64,000 bases of DNA from a virus. The translations under genes and the position numbers were made by a program. The stretch lies in IMG/VR virus record IMGVR_UViG_3300030328_001039, positions 31,712 to 95,711 of that record; one strand, 5' to 3'. The stretch's first letter is position 1, and every line of letters starts with the position of its first letter. Below are positions 52,022-60,780 of the stretch, one piece after another. Below the pieces are notes generated by a model. It saw nothing but the letters and a program-made list of their open reading frames with translations, made no database searches and was not told where the DNA came from.

Positions 52022-52306
52022 ATGCTGCCACCTTACGAGAGAGTACCGAAACAGCCTCTCAAAAAGCGTGGTAAAGATTTACTTAATGCTTCAAAAGATG
52101 CACTGAAAGGTCGTAGAGTCTCAAAAGAAGAATACATGGAGAGGCTTGATGAGTGTTATCAATGCCCTTACATGCAAAAAAGAATGGGTACTTGCCGACT
52201 GTGCAATTGTGTAATGAAAATTAAGGCACTTGCACCCTCAGTTGGCTGTCCTATAGACAAGTGGTTACCGAGTAATTCGGGAGTAGAGAGTAGTCAGGAA
52301 AACTAA
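52022..52306 (+). CDS. Cys-rich small protein (CxxC...CxxCxC...CPxxKW), DUF6171-like
   Basis: GGAGGT RBS at 52014-52019 before the ATG at 52022. The conserved Cys pattern is common in marine viruses. It is the only convincing plus-strand gene. Confidence 0.75.
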   Translation: MLPPYERVPKQPLKKRGKDLLNASKDALKGRRVSKEEYMERLDECYQCPYMQKRMGTCRLCNCVMKIKALAPSVGCPIDKWLPSNSGVESSQEN

Positions 52307-52516
52307 TCCTCCAAAGATACCCACTACAAATACACTAACATCTCCGCTGCTCATTGAATCTCCCTTGAAAACTAAGATAGATGCACAAGCGATAATGATT
52401 GAAATAAACTGAACCATTATCATTTCTACAATGATGTTTCTGCTTGGAGCAAATATAGTGCTACTTGCTTGACTTATTCTCATGCTGTAATCAGACATAC
52501 TACCTGCTTGAACCAT
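52265..52516 (-). CDS. Small two-TM membrane protein
   Basis: Two hydrophobic helices (IIVEMIMVQFISIIIACASILVF; VSVFVVGIFGGLVFLTTLY). AGGTGA RBS. Confidence 0.75.
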   Translation of the reverse strand: MVQAGSMSDYSMRISQASSTIFAPSRNIIVEMIMVQFISIIIACASILVFKGDSMSSGDVSVFVVGIFGGLVFLTTLYSRITR

Positions 52517-52525
52517 TTTATCACC

Positions 52526-53188
52526 TTAATTTCTTGGTAGTCCTATGAGTCCACGAGCGACACTACCAATTCCGCCACCGACTTTGTTCATCATTCCTTC
52601 ATCTTGTAAAGCAGCACCAAGAGCATTACCCATTAGAGACTGTTGAGCCATATTGAAAATCTGTTGTCTTTGCATTTCAGCATCTTGGAACTTTTGATTA
52701 CTTGTAGCCACCATGTTGTTAAGAATCATACTAACATTTTCTATGCTAAGTGTCTGTAAGTCAGAAGGTAAAGTAGAGGGGTCAAGTTTCATACCGCCTT
52801 CTTCTTCATCAATAACAAATGTAGCATTCTTTAGAATGTTAAGCAAACTTAGGCTTGTAGTAGCAGCAATCAAATCTATTAAAGTCCCAAGCCCTCCGTC
52901 TTTGATAAAACGATGAATTGGATTTTGAGATTGTAGTAAAGCACCCATCAACTCCATTTCGCTTGGAGGAGTGAATTGTTGTTGTTGATACATTTGTTGC
53001 TGTTGCTGATTCATCCCAGCCCCATTCATCAAACCAGCCATTAATCCTTGATTTTGCTGTTGCTGCATAGGTTGTGCTCCAAGAGTAAAGTTGCTTTGTG
53101 GTTGCTGCATTCCGTAGTTTATCCCTCCGCCAGTTGCTGAAAGATTCAACCCACCAGTTTGCTGTTGTTGATTACCAAGACCTAACAT
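52526..53188 (-). CDS. Gln/Gly/Met-rich protein
   Basis: Q-rich low-complexity N-terminus and amphipathic C-terminus. Confidence 0.7.
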   Translation of the reverse strand: MLGLGNQQQQTGGLNLSATGGGINYGMQQPQSNFTLGAQPMQQQQNQGLMAGLMNGAGMNQQQQQMYQQQQFTPPSEMELMGALLQSQNPIHRFIKDGGLGTLIDLIAATTSLSLLNILKNATFVIDEEEGGMKLDPSTLPSDLQTLSIENVSMILNNMVATSNQKFQDAEMQRQQIFNMAQQSLMGNALGAALQDEGMMNKVGGGIGSVARGLIGLPRN

Positions 53189-53192
53189 CGTA

Positions 53193-54131
53193 TCATGCCT
53201 CTCCAGTAACTAATCCACCATCAAGGTTCTGTTGTATTTTGCCATTTTCAGTATTAAGTAATTCTTGAAATGCTTGTGTCGGCATATTCATTTGTTGTAG
53301 TTCCATTTGGAATATACGCAAGTCGAATACAACCATCGTTACATCGTTTTGACCAGTTGCTGGATTTGCATAATGTAGTATATTGATACCTTTTGTTTTA
53401 CCTGCATCTCTTTCTAGTTCAGCAAAGAAAGGCTCATACTTTTGCAGCATAGCAGGTGTTGGGTCACTTTTCTTCACAGATGAAATAGGAACGGTAACAA
53501 TTGATACTCCTCTCTTTACTTTATCACGAAGGCGGCTTGGATTCATCTCATTTTGCTTATCCTCTTCAGCCTCCCACTTTACCAAAAGATGGTAGAGATG
53601 CATATGCTCAGGGCAATATGTTCCTTTGAGTTTACGACCACTGGTTACCTTATCCTGAGCGATGAAGGCTTCAGGCTGGCCTGTAACTGGATTTTGCCAA
53701 TACATTTCCCATAAAGAGCGACCAGTTTCTTCGTCACTAATTTTCATGTAGAGATTGTCATGTTGAATTAAATTAGCACAGTTACAACCGTCTACAACAC
53801 ATGTGCCAGTATCTTTTGCGTATCTGTATTTTCTACCAAACAACCATCTCATAGGATTGAATGCTGAATGCTTTGCTGGTTGAAGTAATTTGTAGGCTTG
53901 CTTGATGTCTTTACGGCGAGCCTTTCTTGGGTCAGGATGACGACTTGGATAAAAATTAACTTTGGGAACTTCAATATTTCCCGATGCTGCTGCTGCCGCT
54001 TGCATACCTTGTTGAGCCATCAACATTTCTTGTAGAGCAGCCTGAGTAAGTTGGTCGTTACCTTGCATAGCCAAAGTTGCTAATTGTGCTTCGTTAAGAT
54101 TCTGTTGTTGATTTCTACTGAAGTTCATCAT
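53193..54131 (-). CDS. Protein with Q-rich N-terminus and Cys/His (CxxxxC...CxxH) Zn-binding motif
   Basis: CVVDGCNC...YCPEH. ATGA overlap with the upstream gene. Confidence 0.7.
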   Translation of the reverse strand: MMNFSRNQQQNLNEAQLATLAMQGNDQLTQAALQEMLMAQQGMQAAAAASGNIEVPKVNFYPSRHPDPRKARRKDIKQAYKLLQPAKHSAFNPMRWLFGRKYRYAKDTGTCVVDGCNCANLIQHDNLYMKISDEETGRSLWEMYWQNPVTGQPEAFIAQDKVTSGRKLKGTYCPEHMHLYHLLVKWEAEEDKQNEMNPSRLRDKVKRGVSIVTVPISSVKKSDPTPAMLQKYEPFFAELERDAGKTKGINILHYANPATGQNDVTMVVFDLRIFQMELQQMNMPTQAFQELLNTENGKIQQNLDGGLVTGEA

Positions 54132-54325
54132 CCTATCACAACCTGTTCAGGCGTAGGGGTCATTACTACAACAATTTGTCCCTCTTGAACTACAAACCTC
54201 CAATGAACATCATCACCAGCATTTAACCCAAAATGCTCAACTATCCACATAGGAACTGTGGTTCTAAGACTACGGCTACCACCGCCAGTAGATACCAATG
54301 TTGTTGAAGAGTTCTTACCTGACAT
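54128..54325 (-). CDS. AbrB/MazE/SpoVT-family DNA-binding protein
   Basis: SLRTTVPMWIVEHFGLNAGDDVHW fits the AbrB swapped-hairpin consensus. GGTGAGG RBS before the ATG at 54325. Confidence 0.8.
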   Translation of the reverse strand: MSGKNSSTTLVSTGGGSRSLRTTVPMWIVEHFGLNAGDDVHWRFVVQEGQIVVVMTPTPEQVVIG

Positions 54326-54380
54326 ATCCTCACCGAAAGAGTTGTTATTCAAAAGGCTACCTATGGGGTCATTTTTTGGG

Positions 54381-55103
54381 TCACGAGGTCAAAAGACTCA
54401 CCATTGTCTTTTCTACATTCCATCCTATTCTTGTTGCCATGAATGACCTTCTAGTAGGAATACCTGCTTTTTGTAAACGAATTAAATCATCTCTAAACGG
54501 GTCAAATATCTTATGTTCGCCTATTCTCCCATCGTGCCAAAGTTTTGAAGCAGTCTCATCAAAAAATCGGTCAGCCTTGTTAGCGACTAACATAATGACT
54601 TTTGGATGGTATTTTCTACCTTTTAATCTCGACCAAAATGAACGATAGCGATAGTTTCTATTGATAAGAGAATCTACAAGATAACGGAAACCTGCAATTT
54701 GTTGTAAACCTTCATCTCCTCCTTTGAATGCTCTATCGTCAAAAATGTAGATAATTGCTTCTACACCACGAGTAACCATATCTTCAATCCAAAGATTCCA
54801 AAAACGCTCTTGCCCTCCTATATCAGCAGAATATACAACTCGCTTTTCACCTTGCCAAGATACTCTTTTTCTTGTCGGCTTTGGCATTTTGTACTTACCA
54901 ATTTTTAGTATACGAGAATGAATGGTTCTTTCATCTTCAGGTATTTCCTCCATTTCACCCGGAGTTGTGAGGTAACGGTCAAGCGTAGTTTTACCAACCA
55001 TAGGTGCTCCATAGACACCGACCTTTCTTGGTTTGTAAGAATTATAGAGATTCTGACCCCACATCGCTGCGCCTACTAAGGCTGTGCCACCTGCATCTAC
55101 CAT
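54381..55103 (-). CDS. Small Ras-superfamily (Arf/Rab-like) GTPase
   Basis: G1 GAPMVGKT, G2 candidate (ERT), G3 DIGGQERF and G4 ANKAD are intact, with a G5-like MAT and an N-terminal amphipathic segment. Confidence 0.9.
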   Translation of the reverse strand: MVDAGGTALVGAAMWGQNLYNSYKPRKVGVYGAPMVGKTTLDRYLTTPGEMEEIPEDERTIHSRILKIGKYKMPKPTRKRVSWQGEKRVVYSADIGGQERFWNLWIEDMVTRGVEAIIYIFDDRAFKGGDEGLQQIAGFRYLVDSLINRNYRYRSFWSRLKGRKYHPKVIMLVANKADRFFDETASKLWHDGRIGEHKIFDPFRDDLIRLQKAGIPTRRSFMATRIGWNVEKTMVSLLTS

Positions 55104-55109
55104 AGAACA

Positions 55110-55367
55110 TCAATCCCACCATTTTAGCCAAATAACAAGTTGCTCTAACTTATTAACAGTCCACTCTACAGTATTTTCATAAACACTGAAACTGTTATTA
55201 TGAAACTCAATACCACTGATAACTAAGGCTGTGATAAGGGATGCAAGAACAGTTTTTATCCAACCCCATGTTCTTTCGTAGGCATTATCCACAGTGTTGG
55301 CTATGTGAATAGCACGAAGGGTACTCTCAGTTGCATCGTCAGAAGGTGTACGAAAGATTCGACCCAT
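55110..55367 (-). CDS. Small membrane protein
   Basis: TM segment WGWIKTVLASLITALVISGIEF and an aromatic C-terminus. GTGAGGA RBS. Confidence 0.7.
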   Translation of the reverse strand: MGRIFRTPSDDATESTLRAIHIANTVDNAYERTWGWIKTVLASLITALVISGIEFHNNSFSVYENTVEWTVNKLEQLVIWLKWWD

Positions 55368-55376
55368 TCATATTCC

Positions 55377-55994
55377 TCACTCTTTCTTTTGATACCTTTT
55401 GTCAGGAGTGCCGTCTTTCTTCAGTGGTACTTCTTCATCTATACCAAGAGTAAGTGGTTGTCGGATTTTTGCCTCGTGAGTGGGAATACGACTACTATCA
55501 AAGACTGAAGAACCTCCGCCCCTATTATCAAATGAGCCAATCATAGATGGTGAGCCACCTGTTACTCCCCAACTTGGGGGCATCTGACCGGGGTTTTCCT
55601 CCATCCAGCGAAGTTCACGCTCAAGTTGCGCTTCTTGCATTCGCATTTCCATTTCAGCCCTACGGTTATCAAACTGTTGCTGCATCACACGGTATTGGTG
55701 GCTTCTTTGTTTCTCAATGTTACCATGCCGTACTTTTTCTTGTAGATTTTGCTCAAAGAACATTTTGAAAAAGTAGTAAGCAATACCTTGCATAAAGAAA
55801 GCACCCATAGCATAGGTGAATCCATTTACCCAAACGCTGTCTTGACGCAACCAAACCTCTGCATCAAAGATACCGATTGCTACTCCAACAAGTGTGCTTT
55901 GGGCTAAAATCAATCCCATTAGCCTAATTTCTGCTTCGTGATGGTCAGTTGAATCCATAGTGTCCACTGGTATGTCCACTCCGGGGGTCACCAT
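55377..55994 (-). CDS. Two-TM membrane protein with coiled coil
   Basis: Two hydrophobic helices, then a Q/E/R coiled coil. The C-terminal LKKDGTPDKRY is a short basic motif. Confidence 0.75.
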   Translation of the reverse strand: MVTPGVDIPVDTMDSTDHHEAEIRLMGLILAQSTLVGVAIGIFDAEVWLRQDSVWVNGFTYAMGAFFMQGIAYYFFKMFFEQNLQEKVRHGNIEKQRSHQYRVMQQQFDNRRAEMEMRMQEAQLERELRWMEENPGQMPPSWGVTGGSPSMIGSFDNRGGGSSVFDSSRIPTHEAKIRQPLTLGIDEEVPLKKDGTPDKRYQKKE

Positions 55995-56010
55995 AAAGGT
56001 TGCTGGGGCT

Positions 56011-56096
56011 GTTGTCCGAGTTGTCCGTTGTATTGTTTATACATTTTACAAGAATATATTATTTGTCTATATCAGACATTAGACAAGTCGGACAAC
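56011..56096. promoter_or_regulatory. AT-rich intergenic promoter region bracketed by 15-bp inverted repeat
   Basis: gttgtccgagttgtc (56011-56025) vs gacaagtcggacaac (56082-56096), 14/15 complementary, with an AT-rich core. Confidence 0.6.
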
Positions 56097-57983
56097 TTAG
56101 AATGGATAAGGGTGCGTCAATTCTTTTCTATCTTCGCCACCCTCTTCTTGTTTGTAGTCATCTAACGATGTAAGAAGAGCCTGTGCTATCTTTTTGTCTT
56201 GCTCATCCATTGGCCCATTCATAAGATTTCTTAACAATTCTAAATCGCCTTTGAGTCCTTTTGTTAGAGGGCGTTTTGTACCTTTCTCTCGGAAATGTCG
56301 TGCTCGGTTATCGTGCTCATCTTCTACTGTCAATTTACCACCTTCGGTATGGGAAATGTCACGGTGAGAGTGGTCACCGTACATACCACGCTTTCGTCTT
56401 TCTCTATTCAACTCTTCTCGGTATTTGATTCGCTCAGGCGATGACTCATACTTTGTGTCATATTCTTTTTTATGACGCTTTGCTTCAGGAGACTTACGCT
56501 CTTTACGAACTACACCAATATCTGTCATACTAACACCACTTTTTTTGACTTTTTCGGGATAGTGGTAAAGGAATACAGGCACTGATGTATCACCATGCCC
56601 CATTTGTCTTAGAGCCTCCATACGATGACCACCATCTTGTTCTCCAGTAAACTCATTATTTCGGAAATATAAAGAAGGCATACCGATTGGTTTTCCTTCT
56701 TTAATACCCTCCATAATACGGTCTATATTTTCACGACTGCCCCCCCACGGAGAAAACTTCATTCCATCCCATCTATATTTTGCTTCTTTACCGGGTATGG
56801 GCGGTGCTGTGAATAATCCTCTATCTACTCCACCTTCTTTTTCAGCAAGGGCTTGAATAACATCAAAGTATTCATTAGGAGTCATTTGACCAATTTGGGT
56901 CTTACTATTTAGGTCACCGCCACCCATACCTTCACCGTCAAAATCTGTAAAATACGGTTGAGTGCCAATAGTAGGTTCAGGATAATTATGAGGATGAATC
57001 CATTTTTCATTGTAACCCATACGGACACCGGGAATGTCAGTGTCTATTATAGGCATTTTGAGTAATCGCATAGCAATTTCCATTGGTTCACTTCGTACAA
57101 TAGCAGGGTGTCTACTTGCTAAATCTTGTGCTACTTGTTCGCCTGACATGAAAGACGGGTAAAAATCAGGACTTGGTGTATGACCGACTTGCGCTCTTAT
57201 TGCACCGTATTCATCCCAGTTTGTAAAATCTTGAGGAGTAGGATTGTTACCGGCTAATATCTGCTCTCTAAATGCTTCAGACAAAGGTACTTTTTGTGCT
57301 TCGTGCATAGCCTCATGCGTAGCAGTTTGTCCCATGTGGTCTATGAGTTTACGCTCTTGTGTTTCTTCATCATCACCCAATTGACCTAAACCTAATCTTC
57401 GCCCGTATTCGCTAAGGTTAATTCCCCTAAAGGGCATATCTTTGCTTTGACCCCCCCAAGCAGATTGCATGTTCCATGACATAGGTGAAATCATACTACC
57501 CATCTCTTGATGACCTCCTGTTGCTGCACGAGTTTTCGCATCTGCAATCATTATAGGTTCGTCTATTGTTGGGTCTAAAGCCCATTCATGCCCTTCTTTT
57601 CTTGCTTGTTGTAGTCCTTTTGGGTCTGTGTCACCAAAATAAAAAGATGCTTTGAGTAATCGCATAGCAATTTCCATTGGCTCGCCTGTCATTATATCTT
57701 GAAACTCAGGAGTAAACTTTGTTTCATTTCTAAACATTGATTGCTGGCTAAGTGGGTGCTCATCAGGTAGAGGGAAATAATCTTGGTCACGCTCTCTTAT
57801 CTTTGACTCCCGTATAAGTTCATCGAGCACATTACTTAGTTGTTCACCATTAATAGGTAAAGATAACATACTTCTAGGAATGTGTTTATCTAATAACCTC
57901 ATCGTTTTATCCGAATTAGGATTCAACATTTCTGATAAATCTTGCATAGGTATCATAGCAAAAGGGCGAGCCTCTTCAGGCAT
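56097..57983 (-). CDS. Modular protein: two EPMEIAMRLLK motifs, HExxH module, ParB/Srx-like module, HNH-like basic module
   Basis: Motifs at 57651-57683 and 57057-57089, HEAMH at 57303-57317, DGGHRMEAL at about 56610-56636. Confidence 0.8.
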   Translation of the reverse strand: MPEEARPFAMIPMQDLSEMLNPNSDKTMRLLDKHIPRSMLSLPINGEQLSNVLDELIRESKIRERDQDYFPLPDEHPLSQQSMFRNETKFTPEFQDIMTGEPMEIAMRLLKASFYFGDTDPKGLQQARKEGHEWALDPTIDEPIMIADAKTRAATGGHQEMGSMISPMSWNMQSAWGGQSKDMPFRGINLSEYGRRLGLGQLGDDEETQERKLIDHMGQTATHEAMHEAQKVPLSEAFREQILAGNNPTPQDFTNWDEYGAIRAQVGHTPSPDFYPSFMSGEQVAQDLASRHPAIVRSEPMEIAMRLLKMPIIDTDIPGVRMGYNEKWIHPHNYPEPTIGTQPYFTDFDGEGMGGGDLNSKTQIGQMTPNEYFDVIQALAEKEGGVDRGLFTAPPIPGKEAKYRWDGMKFSPWGGSRENIDRIMEGIKEGKPIGMPSLYFRNNEFTGEQDGGHRMEALRQMGHGDTSVPVFLYHYPEKVKKSGVSMTDIGVVRKERKSPEAKRHKKEYDTKYESSPERIKYREELNRERRKRGMYGDHSHRDISHTEGGKLTVEDEHDNRARHFREKGTKRPLTKGLKGDLELLRNLMNGPMDEQDKKIAQALLTSLDDYKQEEGGEDRKELTHPYPF

Positions 57984-57984
57984 T

Positions 57985-60720
57985 TTACATCACACCTATT
58001 GATTTTGGGAAATTATAATCATTCAAAACTAGAGCCGAATTGTTTCTACTTGCTTCTGTTGCTTGTTGCATAAAGTCATCAGCCCAAGTAGCACCATCTC
58101 TCATTGGTGAGCCAAATATTTGTTTTTCTCGCTCATTGTCTCCTATTTTGCGAGTGTAAGTACCCGGTGCTGTTTCGGTTTCACGCAAAGGTCTGTTTAC
58201 CAATTCTCTAATATGGTCATAGTCCGTAATAGGTTGCATACCTTGTTTGTCAAAGATTCTAGGCCATGCTCCACTGACTTCTATGTAATGACCCGGTATC
58301 TGCATATGCTCCGTCATATGGTCTACAGTGGCACGCTTTGCTGCTGTTTGTCCATCATGTGCTGTTATGGAGGCTTTGAATCCCTGCTCTTGTTGAGAAA
58401 ATACTCTTGCTGCGTCTACATATGGGTCTTGGTCATTGTCAATCATATCATACCGAGCGTGCTTGCCTTCATTTTTCAAATCATTACCATCGCTGTATTT
58501 ATCGTGACCACCCACTGGTTTGTAAGCGATATTCATAGCATTCGCTACTTCATCATATAATTGAGGTCGTGCATCCATCCCCTCTTTTGGTAAACTCACC
58601 CATGAATCTTTGATACCAAAATACTCATTGAAGTTTCTCGGAGAAGGTGCGTGCATATCTGTTTGACTTTCCCATTTCAACAACTGCATAGCAATCTCCA
58701 TTGGTTCGCTTGCTACTTTACGAGCACCACCTCTCTTGTCACGGAGCGTTTCATCCATATCAAGCCCAAGTTCTTCAGCCTTCTCTCTAACTTTACGCAT
58801 GGCTATTTCTGCTGGTACTCTTTCTTCACTAAAAGCCTCAAAGCCTTCGCCTTCAGGAGATGTGAATTGTCCAGTGAGTGCTCGGAATCCAGCATCACCA
58901 ATTGTTGTATTCCAATCACGATTGTATTCTGACTCTTGTATAGGTAGACCAATCTCTTCCATCAATTTTCTTTGATTACCTAAAGCACGAGTTTCCCAAT
59001 CTATCGCTCTTAGCATTTCACGAGGAGTTCTTTGTCCTAATTTACCAAGCCTACGACCCTCTCCCCATTCTGCGTTCAAATCTTCAAGACCTTGTGCGTG
59101 CCCAAGTTCATGCAGTTTTCTCCAATTATCAGTGAATGGTTTGTTAGCGCCAAATGAAGTCGCTGCAACTCCGGGGTCAAAAATAGCAAGATGACCTGTA
59201 TTGTAGTTCTTCTTATCTAAATCGGGATTAGGGTATTCACCACCGAAGTAATATGGTTCGTAACCATAACTTGCTAACAACTCATTTACTTGAGGTGACA
59301 TTTCTGCTAATTCAGATGAGTAAGGTTGTACTGGTTTATCCACCATATCAAGATTCTGTTTACCATAGTGCCTCATAACATCCCAAAAGCGTGGGTCATT
59401 TCTTGGAGCGTGCTGTCCGCTAACATCAATCGCTTCTTTCAACAACTGAAAGGCGATGTCCATTGGTTCACTGGCTAACTTCTTCCATTGTGAAGGGTCA
59501 ATAGCGTGCGCTCTAAATCCTAATTCACTTCCCGGCTCGCCATAATTAAGTCCTTCAACCATAGAGGCTCTATCGTGCCATGTGTCCAGTAAATCACCGG
59601 GGTCAATCCCCTGCGCTATCGCATAATCAAATAATTCATTTGTTTTGGTTTTAAGGTGTTCATCAGCCTCATCGTTCCATAGTTGCTCGTGAGGGGCAAG
59701 TTCCATTTGATTCTCATAATCTATTTGTTCTTTCAACAACTGATAAGCGATGCCCATTGGTTCACTGCGAGTGAAGTATTTCTTAGGGTCAGCATCAGGT
59801 GTATCTAGTGATAATCCTTCAAATGTACCCTCTCTTGTAAATGGATGAACTCTCCTTTGTATTCCTTGACTAGCGTTAGGGGGCGTTAATTTAGTCGGTA
59901 ATTGAATTGGCCCACCGCCCGGTGGCTGAGTAAATGGTACTTTTTCTTTCAGACCCATTGGTACATTTTCTGTATTCTCAGCCATGTTGGGGTCTGCTTG
60001 TCGCCCCTTGATTCTTTTCGCTCTTTCTCTTAGTGCCTCGACATAATCTTCTTGAGGCATTTTGAACTTACGAGGGTCGGGAACTTCATCATCTTCTTCT
60101 TTGAGTAACCGCCAAGCGAGGTTCATTGGTTCACCAGTTTGTACCGATGCACCACGGCGAGCCATTTCCATAGCACGCTGCTCTTGCGCTTGTTTTCTCT
60201 GAGCATTTTGTGCTTGCATTTGTCCGGCTAACTGCATACCGACTTTTTTGTAATCAGTTTTGTTACCACCAGCACCACTTGGCTCTTCAGGTTCAGGTAT
60301 TTCAGCCGCTGGTTCAGCAGCAGGTGATTCAGGTAAAGGTACGCTGTCTGTTCCATCACTTGCTTTGGGTAAACTCGGCTTAGGTGCAGCAGACTCCACT
60401 GCTTCAGCAGCACTAGCCATGCCTTCAGCAGCACCTGCTGCCTCTGTTGCAGCACCGCCACCTTTGACACCGACTTTCGCTTTGATGTTCTTCAGTCCAC
60501 CGCCGAGAGCGACCTTCAATCCTGTGCCTAGTTTACCTAAACCAGTTTTCATAGCACCTCTAACGCCCTGCGTGGCTACTGCATTAGCAGCACCTTGAGC
60601 GCCTACACGAGTAAGAAGTCCTACTAATGGTGCCCACTTTTCAATATCATCAAAATTGAAAAACTTATGAATGTCATCGGGAGAATCCCACGGCACAAAG
60701 TCGTAGTTTTCACTCGGCAT
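57985..60720 (-). CDS. Modular protein with four EPMxxAxxLLK motifs and an HExxH module
   Basis: Motifs at 60100-60132, 59731-59763, 59437-59469 and 58675-58707. HELGH at 59098-59112. Confidence 0.8.
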   Translation of the reverse strand: MPSENYDFVPWDSPDDIHKFFNFDDIEKWAPLVGLLTRVGAQGAANAVATQGVRGAMKTGLGKLGTGLKVALGGGLKNIKAKVGVKGGGAATEAAGAAEGMASAAEAVESAAPKPSLPKASDGTDSVPLPESPAAEPAAEIPEPEEPSGAGGNKTDYKKVGMQLAGQMQAQNAQRKQAQEQRAMEMARRGASVQTGEPMNLAWRLLKEEDDEVPDPRKFKMPQEDYVEALRERAKRIKGRQADPNMAENTENVPMGLKEKVPFTQPPGGGPIQLPTKLTPPNASQGIQRRVHPFTREGTFEGLSLDTPDADPKKYFTRSEPMGIAYQLLKEQIDYENQMELAPHEQLWNDEADEHLKTKTNELFDYAIAQGIDPGDLLDTWHDRASMVEGLNYGEPGSELGFRAHAIDPSQWKKLASEPMDIAFQLLKEAIDVSGQHAPRNDPRFWDVMRHYGKQNLDMVDKPVQPYSSELAEMSPQVNELLASYGYEPYYFGGEYPNPDLDKKNYNTGHLAIFDPGVAATSFGANKPFTDNWRKLHELGHAQGLEDLNAEWGEGRRLGKLGQRTPREMLRAIDWETRALGNQRKLMEEIGLPIQESEYNRDWNTTIGDAGFRALTGQFTSPEGEGFEAFSEERVPAEIAMRKVREKAEELGLDMDETLRDKRGGARKVASEPMEIAMQLLKWESQTDMHAPSPRNFNEYFGIKDSWVSLPKEGMDARPQLYDEVANAMNIAYKPVGGHDKYSDGNDLKNEGKHARYDMIDNDQDPYVDAARVFSQQEQGFKASITAHDGQTAAKRATVDHMTEHMQIPGHYIEVSGAWPRIFDKQGMQPITDYDHIRELVNRPLRETETAPGTYTRKIGDNEREKQIFGSPMRDGATWADDFMQQATEASRNNSALVLNDYNFPKSIGVM

Positions 60721-60780
60721 TATCTAATGCCAAAGCGTGGCTAGACAAAAGCATATCGCTTATCAAGCGACATCAAGAGT

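Noticed and set aside
49090-60132. EPM...LLK DNA repeats as a CRISPR array or DGR template/variable repeats
   Set aside because: The copies are in-frame, variable mainly at synonymous or conservative positions, and hundreds of bp apart. There is no cas or reverse transcriptase gene and no adenine-specific mutation pattern.
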